NCBI GenBank assembly: GCA_965224245.1
Contig: OZ245046.1
Span: 4,992,001-5,056,000 of the forward strand
DNA: 64,000 nucleotides
DNA from: Candidatus Eiseniibacteriota bacterium
GTDB lineage: Bacteria; Eisenbacteria; RBG-16-71-46; CAZAMP01
Reading direction: 5' to 3'
Positions 1 through 8,345 of this stretch are shown here, piece by piece. Numbering within the stretch: position 1 is the first letter of the stretch; the number at the start of each line of letters is the position of its first letter. Under the pieces are notes generated by a model. It worked only from the letters and a program-made list of their open reading frames with translations. It searched no databases and had not been told where the DNA came from. A program made the translations under genes and the position numbers.

Positions 1-300
1 CCCGAGCCGGGGGCGATGATCGATCGCGCCGGGCTCGAGGACATGATCGACGCGCTCAAGATCGTGCTGAGTCTGGGTGGCTCGGAGACGATCTTCCAGG
101 GCACGAGCCAGATCACCGAGACGCCCACCGACGACTACGAGACCAAGATCAAGGTCGAGGACCCCGGGCTCAACAGCCTCGACGACGGAGACTACGAGGT
201 CATCTTCCGAGATCTCCGCGACGAGCTCGGCAACTTCGGCGACGAGGATCCCGGCACCGCCGGCATCCAGGAGATCAAATTCGATCTGAGGTTGAAATGA
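1..300 (+). CDS. C-terminal fragment of a probably secreted Ig-like-domain protein (5' truncated by window edge)
   Basis: Frame 1 is open from base 1 (PEPGAMID...) to TGA 298-300; acidic 'LDDGDYEV..LRDELGN' Ig-like pattern; the stop overlaps the next ATG (ATGA). Confidence 0.7.
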   Translation, partial: PEPGAMIDRAGLEDMIDALKIVLSLGGSETIFQGTSQITETPTDDYETKIKVEDPGLNSLDDGDYEVIFRDLRDELGNFGDEDPGTAGIQEIKFDLRLK

Positions 301-2927
301 TGACGCGACGACGAGTACCGACGCGCGCCTCCGAGCGCGCATCCACGGGAAGACGCGCGCACTGGCTGACGGCGGCGCTCACCGTCGTCGCGGCCGTCAC
401 GATCGGTGCGGTGACGCCGGGCGCGGGGCGCGCGGAGACCGAGGTCCGCTACACGAACATGATCACCGCGTACGAGGAGGGAGACCTCGTCCGAGCGCGT
501 GAGCTGGCCGGAGAGTGGCTCGCCACATTCACCGGCGAGTACGCCGAATCGGAGCAGGACGCTGATCGCGAGGGCGCGCTCGTCCGGCTCATGAGCACGG
601 TGCGCTCGATCCACGAGGCGGAGCTCGCGCTGGATCCGGCCGAGCGGCTCGCGATCGACGCGGACGTCATGACGGCGACGCGGGCGGCGATGACACTGAC
701 GCAGTCGGCGCTCGCGACCCTCGACGACGAGAAGACGTCCCAGAAGGCGTGGCTCCAGCGCGAGCTCGGCTGGACGGCGGTTTCGGTGATCCGGGCGCAA
801 AACGGCCTGGCGCCCCGGGCGGCGCTCGACGAGATCGCGGGCTCGTTCGCCGACGAGATGCAGCTCGTCGGCTTCGACGGGGTGGACGCCGCGCTGGCGC
901 CGCCGCCGGCGGTCGACGAGGGGCGGATCCTGGAGCTGGATGGTCCGGAGCGGGCCGCACTGCGCGCCGTCCTCGAGGACTACGTGCGCGGCCTCTACAT
1001 GGGACGAGCCGAGCTCGTGACCGCGACGACGTCGGCCGGATCCCCCGAAGTGGTGCGGCTGATCACCACCGTCCAGGCGGAGCAGCGGGCCAGGGGCATT
1101 CGCTCCGTCCAGTCGGTGGACCTCGCTCCGCCGGACGTGTCCCCGCTCCTCTTGCGCCGCACGGCGACCGATCGCTCGATCTACGTCGTGGGGCTACGGG
1201 ACGTCGCCGTGCGCGTCGAGCGCACCGACGGCGGTACCGAGAGCCTCGAGTGGGTCGACATGGTCCGCGTTCGGCGCGACGAGGCCGGCCGGTGGCAGGT
1301 CGTGCTCCCGGACGTGGACGCGATCGGATCGCCGGACGACACGGGCGCCTCCGGAGGGCTCCACCGTCGGCTGGCGTACACGGTAACCGGCCAGGTGCGA
1401 ACCCCGCTCACGGGGGGCTCGGCCACCGCGAACGATCAGCCCGTCCAGTACATCCGCGTGATCGTCATGGACGAGGAGGCGGGAGCCGACGAGGAACTCG
1501 CGCGCGGCTACACGACGTCGGCGGGATCGTTCTCGATCGCGGCCGAGGACACCTCCGAGGCGGCGGATCTCTACGTCGACATCGAGTACGTCGGTGACGC
1601 CGTGGACGGCCAGGAGGTCGAGGTGCGCGCCAGCGACGGAAACGCCGACCCGGACAAGGACACGATGGTCAACGGATCGGTCCTGACCGATCAGCCGGCG
1701 GGGACGGTCGCGCTCGACACCCTGCGCACGAGCACGCATCGCTCGACGGTCGTCTCGCACGGGACCCGCGCGTTCAAGTACCTCGACGGGCAGTACTCCG
1801 GGTACACGCTGGGGGAGAACCCGCGCTACGAGGCCACGTCGGGCACGGGCGGCAGCTACGTCACGTCGGACGGCGGCTACCTGCGCATCAGCCGGGACGA
1901 CTGGCGCGACCCGGGATCGGGGAACGCCCAGTACTCGGACATCCATCACGAGACCTGGCACTGGCTCTCGTACCGCACGTACGGCAGCCGGTGGCCGGAC
2001 TACGGCTGCTCGTGCAACCCCCACTACGCGAACAAGGAATGCTGTGAAGGCTTCGCGATGCAGGAGGGGAGCGCGCAGTACTTCGGCAACATCTCGGCGA
2101 TCGCGATGTTCGGCGGAGACGGCAAGACGAACCTCCCGGGCGTCGACACGTGGCGCGGCGAGGACGACACCGGCGACGACAACAGCGGCGAGATCGTCGA
2201 GGGCACGTTCACCCGGGGGCTGCGCAACCACGGCGAGCACCCCGGTGTGCTGGAGGCCTTCTGCTCGAAAGCACCCGACAACTGGGAGGAGCTCTACCAG
2301 GCGTACGGCGACGTGAAGGGCAAGACCTCGTCGGACATGAGCGATCTCCTGGACGAGATGGCGCTCAACGGCATCGTCTACACGCGGGGCAAGATCAACA
2401 AGTTTCTCCCCGAGGACGATCCCCCGGACATGGGACCGCCGGCGGACGGCAACGTGAAGGAGATCCGGGACGTCGTCTTCGTTCGCGGCGAGATCGAGCC
2501 CGAGATCGAAGCGCTCGCGAAGGCCGATCTCAACATCGCTCCGAACGCGAACGTCGTGGATCCCGACCAGAAGGACATCGGGTACAAGACGGCGGCCAGC
2601 GGGACCGGTGAGGACAACCCGCTTCCATCTCTCACGTTCGTGGGTGCGGTCGGATGGGCGTCGATGCTGATGTGGGACACGACCACGGCCGCCGACGGCG
2701 AGTACGACGTCGTCGTCAAGACGCGCATGAAGGACTACCAGTGGGAGGACACGCTTGAGCCGGACTTCACCGGTGACGCGACGGCCACGGTGAACACGAA
2801 CGAGAAGTGGCTCAAGACCCTCCAGACGTGGTTCAACCAGGACGACACGCCCACCGACGACAAAGAGGGCAAGGTGATCATCGACAACGCCGGCCCCGAG
2901 GTCGAGAACTTCAAACCAGAGCCGTGA
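297..2927 (+). CDS. Secreted multidomain protein with a gluzincin-like metallopeptidase domain
   Basis: Signal peptide (..AGRA|ET); HETWH (HEXXH) at 1947-1961 followed by EGSAQYF; Ig-like C-terminal part. Confidence 0.75.
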   Translation: MMTRRRVPTRASERASTGRRAHWLTAALTVVAAVTIGAVTPGAGRAETEVRYTNMITAYEEGDLVRARELAGEWLATFTGEYAESEQDADREGALVRLMSTVRSIHEAELALDPAERLAIDADVMTATRAAMTLTQSALATLDDEKTSQKAWLQRELGWTAVSVIRAQNGLAPRAALDEIAGSFADEMQLVGFDGVDAALAPPPAVDEGRILELDGPERAALRAVLEDYVRGLYMGRAELVTATTSAGSPEVVRLITTVQAEQRARGIRSVQSVDLAPPDVSPLLLRRTATDRSIYVVGLRDVAVRVERTDGGTESLEWVDMVRVRRDEAGRWQVVLPDVDAIGSPDDTGASGGLHRRLAYTVTGQVRTPLTGGSATANDQPVQYIRVIVMDEEAGADEELARGYTTSAGSFSIAAEDTSEAADLYVDIEYVGDAVDGQEVEVRASDGNADPDKDTMVNGSVLTDQPAGTVALDTLRTSTHRSTVVSHGTRAFKYLDGQYSGYTLGENPRYEATSGTGGSYVTSDGGYLRISRDDWRDPGSGNAQYSDIHHETWHWLSYRTYGSRWPDYGCSCNPHYANKECCEGFAMQEGSAQYFGNISAIAMFGGDGKTNLPGVDTWRGEDDTGDDNSGEIVEGTFTRGLRNHGEHPGVLEAFCSKAPDNWEELYQAYGDVKGKTSSDMSDLLDEMALNGIVYTRGKINKFLPEDDPPDMGPPADGNVKEIRDVVFVRGEIEPEIEALAKADLNIAPNANVVDPDQKDIGYKTAASGTGEDNPLPSLTFVGAVGWASMLMWDTTTAADGEYDVVVKTRMKDYQWEDTLEPDFTGDATATVNTNEKWLKTLQTWFNQDDTPTDDKEGKVIIDNAGPEVENFKPEP

Positions 2928-2959
2928 GAACGGCCGAGCGGAGACGAACGAAACCATGA
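2924..2959 (+). other. Bridging mini-ORF (VRTAERRRTKP*)
   Basis: GTG 2924-2926 overlaps the upstream TGA 2925-2927; its TGA 2957-2959 overlaps the downstream ATG 2956-2958. Confidence 0.5.
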
Positions 2960-5900
2960 CGACTCGACGACACACGACGCGAGGACGCTGGTTGACGTCG
3001 GTACTTGCCGGCCTCTCGACCGGTGTCCTGATCGGCGCCGGCTTCGCGCCCGGCGCGCTGGCCACGAGCCTCGAGGACGGCGTCGCCTGGCTGGAAGCCA
3101 ATCAGGACGCCTCGGGCCTCTGGAACGCAACCGGTGAAACACCGTTCCGCGACACGGCGTTCGTGACCGAGATTCTCGCGCGCTTCGGCACGCTGCCCGC
3201 CGTCCTGGCCGCCGGCGAGGCCGTGCTCGACGGCACGGAGGTCCAGTCGGTGGACTTCCGGGCCCGTCGTGTGCTGGCGCTCGCCTCGGGGAGCCTCCTC
3301 GACGCGGACGAGGTCACCGCGCTGGCCGCCGACCAGAACGAGGACGGCGGCTGGGGCTACGCGCCCGGCTACGCCAGCAACGCGCTCGACACGGGGCTCG
3401 CGCTCCGCGCCCTGAAGACCGCGGGCTACACGGGCGCCGCTCTGTACATCGCGGGCGCCGGCTTCCTCACCGGGACCCAGAACGGCGACGGTGGCTGGGG
3501 ACTCGTCGACGCCGATGCCAGCGACGTCTTCGTGACGTCGCACGCCGTGATCGCGCTGGCCGCGGTCGCCTCCGAGGTCTCGGTGGGCACCGAGATCACC
3601 GCGGGCGTGGACTGGCTCCAGACGCAGGACAACGGCGACGGTGGCTTCGGGCCCGCCGGCGTGAGCACGCCGTACCACACGGGACTGGCCATGGCGGCGG
3701 TGTTCCGCGACGAGCCGGCGGCCACCGAGCTCTCGGCGGGCAAGACGTACCTCGAGTCCATTCAGAACCCCAGCGGGAGCTGGACGGACGATGCCTACCA
3801 CACGGCGGCGGCCATCTTCGGCCTCAGTCAGGTGGGACCGGACCTCGAGATCACCTCGCCCGACATCGCACTCTCGGATCCGACCCCCATCGACGGCGAT
3901 CTCGTGACCGTCACCGTCACCGTGCACAACGCCGGTGTCGTGGACGCCGCCGACGTCACGGTGCAGCTCTTCGACGGCGATCCGTCGTCCGGCGGAACGC
4001 AGATCGGAACCGACGTGGTGGTGCCCCTGCTGGCCGCGGGCACGAGCACCGGCGTGGACTTCGACTGGGATACCACCGACCTCGGGGGGGACCACTTCCT
4101 CTACGCGCGGGTCGATCCCGCCGACGCGGTGTTCGAGCCGGACGAGCTCAACAACGAGGCCAACACGTTCGTGCACGTGTTCCTGCCCCCGAACCTCACG
4201 TTCGACCCCGACGGGATCACGTTCGACCCGGAGGCGCCGGAGGTGGGCGAGACCGTCATCGTCTCGATCACCGTGCGCAACGACGGCGAGACCGAGGCGG
4301 TCGACGCCTCGCTCCAGCTGTATCGGCTCCCGCTGGAGCAGGACGGCGACCTGGTCGCCCTGCTCGGCTCGCCTTACATCATCCCGTCGATCATTCCGGG
4401 GTCGCAGTTCACGCTGAACGTGAACATGGGCACCTACTTCAACCAGGAGCGCGACTACGATCTGATGGCGTGCGCCGACGAGGAGGACGCGATCCGCGAG
4501 GTCTCCGAGTTCGACAACTGCCACCAGGCCACGCTGTGGGTCGGTCCTCAGCCGTTCCCGGTGTCGATGGCGACCGGGCTCAACTTCCTGAGCCTGCCCG
4601 CCACCCCGGACGAGCCTCTTTTCGCCAACGAGGCCATCGCCGGCCTCCCGGGCGGTGACGAGGTGTCCGGCTGGAGCCGAGCGGATCAGCGCTGGCTGAG
4701 CGCGGTGCACGCCGGCGGTGGGGTCTACGTGGGCGAGGACTTCCCGATCCCGCTGCGCGACGGGTTCTTCGCACGCACGACGAGCCCGGGCACGTATCCG
4801 TTCGTCGGGCGCGCCCTCGGGTCGCACGACTGCACGTCGCTCGAGGTCGGGTTGAATGCGGTCTCGGTGCCGAATGCGGACGCGTGCTACACCGCATACA
4901 CGCTGATCGACGCCGTGACCGGAGCCGACGCGGCCTATCGGTGGGACGCCACGCTCCAGATGTGGGAGACCACGATCAAGACCGCGCCCGACACGTTCGT
5001 CGGACCGGACTTCGCGATCACCCCGGGGCACGCGTACTTCGTGCGAACGATCACCGCGGCCGACTTCTGCAGCGAGACGTGCACCGGTCCGATGCTGCCG
5101 GATCTCCGGGTGACGCCGAGCGACATCTTCTTCGACACGAACCCGGTGGGTGTGGGACAGCCCGTCGGCATCTACGTCAACATCGACAACATCGGCGAGG
5201 TGGACGTCACCACGCCGCGACTGGACATCTGGGCCGGCGACCCGGACGGGGGCGGCTCCCAGCTCCTGTCCGCGCCGCTCCCGGTGGATGCGCCGGCCGG
5301 CGGCTCGACGGGCTTCTGGGGCGGGACGTTCTCGTTCGGATCGCCCGGCACCATCGACATCTACGGCATCGCGGACTTTCTGGACGAGGTCCTGGAGTCG
5401 GACGAGACCAACAACCAGGCGTCGAGCCCGCTCATCGTGACCACGGCCAGCCGCCCCGAGGGTCCGGAGTCGTCCTCTGCCATCGCGAAGGCGGGCCCGG
5501 GCGCACGCCCGAGCTCGTCCGAGCCGGTGCTCACCGATCCCGTCCATACCGTGGTCGCTCCCGACGGCACGGACGTCACGTCTCGGGTGACATCCGATGC
5601 TCCGGCGAGCATCCAGGACGTCCTGGTGACGAACGTGACGAGCTCGTCGGCCACGATCACTTGGATCACCGACCGCGCCACGGTGGGATGCGTCCGGGCA
5701 GGCCGTTCGTCGCCGGCGCAGACGTTCTGCGAGCGAACCATCGCGGGTACGACGCACGCCGTCGTGGTGGAGGGACTTCGAGCCGACACCGAGCACGTCT
5801 TTGCGATCGTCGACGGTGACGCCGGGGTCGAGACCTCGGTCGACTTCGTGTTCCGGACCACACCGGTCGGTGCGGGCACGCCCGTGGCCCTCCACGGACG

Positions 5901-6528
5901 CCTGGTCGAGAGGGGCGCGGAAGACGGGTCGGACGGGGACGTGTCCGCCGGCGACGTCGGCGTCGCGCACGCGATCGTGAGCGCGGCGCTGCTGCGCGAC
6001 GGCGGTGGCTCCATTCCGCTGTCGACCCGGACCGCCTCCGACGGCTCGTGGTCGATGAACCTCGGGAACCTCAAGGACCCGGCCACCGGCGCGCCGCTCG
6101 GCGCACGAGTCGGTGATGCGGTGATCCTCAGGGCCCAGGCCGGACCGGAGCGGGTCGGTACCCAGCGGGTGATGATCGGTTCGCTCGACGTGATCGACGC
6201 CGGAACGCTGCGACTCGGTGCCGAGGACGTGCCGGAGACGACGCCCCCGGCGGCGTACTTCCTGGCCGCGAACCGGCCCAACCCCTTCACGTCGCAGACC
6301 ACGTTCACGTTCGGGCTGCCCGAGTCCGAGCTCGTGACGCTCGAGGTGTTCGACGTCCTGGGCCGCCGCATCGTGGAGCTCCAGCACGGCGAGCTTCCGG
6401 CGGCCACGCACGCGATCACCTGGGACGGCCGCGACCGATCGGGGCGGATCGTCCCCGCGGGGGCGTATTTCTATCGGCTGCGGGCCGGGTCCTTCACGCA
6501 GGTGCGAAAGCTCCTGATCGTGCGGTGA
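2956..6528 (+). CDS. Secreted prenyltransferase/squalene-oxidase-repeat protein with three CARDB domains, FN3-like domain and C-terminal FlgD-Ig/T9SS-like tail
   Basis: Repeats QNEDGGWG, QNGDGGWG, QDNGDGGFG, QNPSGSW; three 'PDL..N.G..E.DE.NN'-type CARDB units; tail 'NRPNPF..VFDVLGRRI..WDGRDRSG..GAYFYRL'. Confidence 0.85.
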   Translation: MTTRRHTTRGRWLTSVLAGLSTGVLIGAGFAPGALATSLEDGVAWLEANQDASGLWNATGETPFRDTAFVTEILARFGTLPAVLAAGEAVLDGTEVQSVDFRARRVLALASGSLLDADEVTALAADQNEDGGWGYAPGYASNALDTGLALRALKTAGYTGAALYIAGAGFLTGTQNGDGGWGLVDADASDVFVTSHAVIALAAVASEVSVGTEITAGVDWLQTQDNGDGGFGPAGVSTPYHTGLAMAAVFRDEPAATELSAGKTYLESIQNPSGSWTDDAYHTAAAIFGLSQVGPDLEITSPDIALSDPTPIDGDLVTVTVTVHNAGVVDAADVTVQLFDGDPSSGGTQIGTDVVVPLLAAGTSTGVDFDWDTTDLGGDHFLYARVDPADAVFEPDELNNEANTFVHVFLPPNLTFDPDGITFDPEAPEVGETVIVSITVRNDGETEAVDASLQLYRLPLEQDGDLVALLGSPYIIPSIIPGSQFTLNVNMGTYFNQERDYDLMACADEEDAIREVSEFDNCHQATLWVGPQPFPVSMATGLNFLSLPATPDEPLFANEAIAGLPGGDEVSGWSRADQRWLSAVHAGGGVYVGEDFPIPLRDGFFARTTSPGTYPFVGRALGSHDCTSLEVGLNAVSVPNADACYTAYTLIDAVTGADAAYRWDATLQMWETTIKTAPDTFVGPDFAITPGHAYFVRTITAADFCSETCTGPMLPDLRVTPSDIFFDTNPVGVGQPVGIYVNIDNIGEVDVTTPRLDIWAGDPDGGGSQLLSAPLPVDAPAGGSTGFWGGTFSFGSPGTIDIYGIADFLDEVLESDETNNQASSPLIVTTASRPEGPESSSAIAKAGPGARPSSSEPVLTDPVHTVVAPDGTDVTSRVTSDAPASIQDVLVTNVTSSSATITWITDRATVGCVRAGRSSPAQTFCERTIAGTTHAVVVEGLRADTEHVFAIVDGDAGVETSVDFVFRTTPVGAGTPVALHGRLVERGAEDGSDGDVSAGDVGVAHAIVSAALLRDGGGSIPLSTRTASDGSWSMNLGNLKDPATGAPLGARVGDAVILRAQAGPERVGTQRVMIGSLDVIDAGTLRLGAEDVPETTPPAAYFLAANRPNPFTSQTTFTFGLPESELVTLEVFDVLGRRIVELQHGELPAATHAITWDGRDRSGRIVPAGAYFYRLRAGSFTQVRKLLIVR

Positions 6529-6551
6529 GCGAATGGAGGGATCAACCATGA
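6525..6551 (+). other. Bridging mini-ORF (VSEWRDQP*)
   Basis: GTG 6525 overlaps TGA 6526-6528; its TGA 6549-6551 overlaps ATG 6548-6550, which has SD GGAGG at 6535-6539. Confidence 0.5.
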
Positions 6552-7534
6552 CACGGATCGAGATCGGCGCCACGCGGGGCGCGCTGCTCGCGGTCGTCGC
6601 GTCGGTGGTTCCGGCGCTCGTCGCGTCGGCGCAGACGATCGAGGACGTCGCCGCGTCGAATCTCTCTAGCACGGCGGCCGCCGTGACCTGGACGACCGAC
6701 GTTCCGACCGACGGCACCGTCAACTACGGCACCACCACGTCCCTGGGAGGCTCGTCGTCGGATCCCCGGCCCGACGACGACGTACATGCGGTCTCCCTGT
6801 CCGGGCTGGCCGAGGACACGCTGTACTACTACGAGGTCGTGTCGAACGGCGTGACCGACGACAACGGCGGTGCGTTCTACACGTTCCGGACCAGCGTGGT
6901 CGGGAGCGGCGTTCCCTACGTCGTCTACGGCGCGACGACGATGATGGACGGCACCACGCCGGCCGTGGACGTCATCGTGATGGTGACCGTGACCGGCGTG
7001 AGCGGGACGTCCTCGGCGCTGACGACCCTGTCCGACGCCGGAGGCAACTGGGCGCTGAACCTGGGAAACCTCAAAGAGACCTCGGACGGTCAGGCGTATG
7101 CCTACGCGGCCGGAGACGCGCTGGACGTCGTGGCCAGCGGAGCGGCCGACGGAGACGCCATCGCGGCGGAGACGATCAGCGGCTCGAGTCCGCAGCTGGT
7201 ACCCCCGCTCGTTCTGGGGGGCGCCCTGGCCACACCGGACGCCGGGGGGCGTCCGAGCGTGGCTCTGACCGGCGCACCGAACCCGTTTCGCGCGTCGGTC
7301 ACGCTGAGCGTCTCGAGCCGCGACCCCCTGGCGGAAGCCGAGCTCGAGGTTCTCGACGTCCGGGGGCGGCGCGTCCGCGTCCAGCGCCTCGGCTCGGTGG
7401 CGGTCGGGATCAACCACTTCGTGTGGGACGGTCGGGACGGCTCGGGAGTCGACGTTCCCGCCGGTGCGTACTTCTACCGGATCGTCCACCGCGACGGACG
7501 CACGCCAGCGGCTCGCATCACGCTGACGCGGTAG
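6548..7534 (+). CDS. Secreted FN3/purple-acid-phosphatase-N-like protein with FlgD-Ig tail (paralog of the previous gene's C-terminal third)
   Basis: Signal peptide; 'VTWTTD..VNYG..H.V.LSGL..DT.Y'; tail 'PNPF..WDGRDGSG..GAYFYRI'. Alternative ATG at 6533. Confidence 0.85.
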   Translation: MTRIEIGATRGALLAVVASVVPALVASAQTIEDVAASNLSSTAAAVTWTTDVPTDGTVNYGTTTSLGGSSSDPRPDDDVHAVSLSGLAEDTLYYYEVVSNGVTDDNGGAFYTFRTSVVGSGVPYVVYGATTMMDGTTPAVDVIVMVTVTGVSGTSSALTTLSDAGGNWALNLGNLKETSDGQAYAYAAGDALDVVASGAADGDAIAAETISGSSPQLVPPLVLGGALATPDAGGRPSVALTGAPNPFRASVTLSVSSRDPLAEAELEVLDVRGRRVRVQRLGSVAVGINHFVWDGRDGSGVDVPAGAYFYRIVHRDGRTPAARITLTR

Positions 7535-7562
7535 CCGGTACAGACCCGACGCAGGCGGGCGC

Positions 7563-7589
7563 CCGGACCGGGGGCGCTCGCCGGTCCGG
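7563..7589 (+). terminator. GC-rich hairpin after the secreted-protein operon (possible terminator or pause, no U-tract)
   Basis: CCGGACCGG-N9-CCGGTCCGG perfect 9-bp inverted repeat. Confidence 0.3.
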
Positions 7590-7745
7590 CCGGGGCTCGG
7601 ATCCCCGTGGCTCTCCGCCGCCATTCCCGCGTGGCAAGACGGCCCGAATCACCGGACTCCCGCCCCCCGCGGCCGTCCCGTCATCGAGGAAAACGATGGC
7701 CGACGCCTCTAATTCCCGCTGCCGAACGGGACGATAACTAGCGTC

Positions 7746-8345
7746 ATGAGCTCCCACCTCTCACGGCATGCATCCGGCCGTCGGACGAGCCGACTCCGGC
7801 CGGCGCGGCTTCTCGGGCTCGGTGCGTTGCTCGCGCTCCTTGCGCTGAGCGCCGGCCCGACGCCAGCCGTCGTGGCCGGGTCCGGCGAGCCGACGTCGGC
7901 GGAGCGTCGAACCGACTACATCCTGAACTGTCTCCGGTTCGTCCACTGGCCCGTCGAGCCCGACCACGCGATCGACGTCGTCGTGCTCGACGACGTCGAT
8001 CTCTCGGTGGCGCTTCGAAGAGCCGCGGAGACCCGGCAGGTGCGCGGCCACGACGTGACGGTGAGCACCGACCCGCGACTCGTCGAGCGTGGGCTCGCAG
8101 ACGTGGTGTTCGCGGCGGATCGATGCCCGCGAGCCGACGAGATCATCCGCGCCGCCACGTCGGGGACGCGCGCCGTCCTGACCATCGGAGACGGCGATGC
8201 CTTCACGAAGGCCGGCGGCATGCTCGCCCTCGTCCAGCGAGACGACGGCCTCGCCGTTCGTGTGAACATGACGGCCGTCATGCAGTCGGAGATCGAGATC
8301 TGCTCGCGGCTCCTCGTGGTCGCCGAGCTCGTGGAGAGCGAATGA
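7746..8345 (+). CDS. yfiR: YfiR-family periplasmic protein
   Basis: Signal peptide; '[12 protein letters not shown]', 'VLTIGDG..F...GGMLAL', 'VN......[10 protein letters not shown]' are YfiR hallmarks. Confidence 0.85.
   Translation: MSSHLSRHASGRRTSRLRPARLLGLGALLALLALSAGPTPAVVAGSGEPTSAERRTDYILNCLRFVHWPVEPDHAIDVVVLDDVDLSVALRRAAETRQVRGHDVTVSTDPRLVERGLADVVFAADRCPRADEIIRAATSGTRAVLTIGDGDAFTKAGGMLALVQRDDGLAVRVNMTAVMQSEIEICSRLLVVAELVESE

Noticed and set aside
2956-3840. Squalene-hopene cyclase call
   Set aside because: Only one barrel's worth of repeats, no DXDD motif, and the protein is secreted and fused to CARDB domains.
2911-6723. 1270-aa antisense ORF, and similar long shadows such as 25338-28901, 45837-48227 and 7916-10219
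   Set aside because: They lie opposite well-supported genes, are Arg/Gly-rich and lack motifs, as expected from stop-codon scarcity at high GC.
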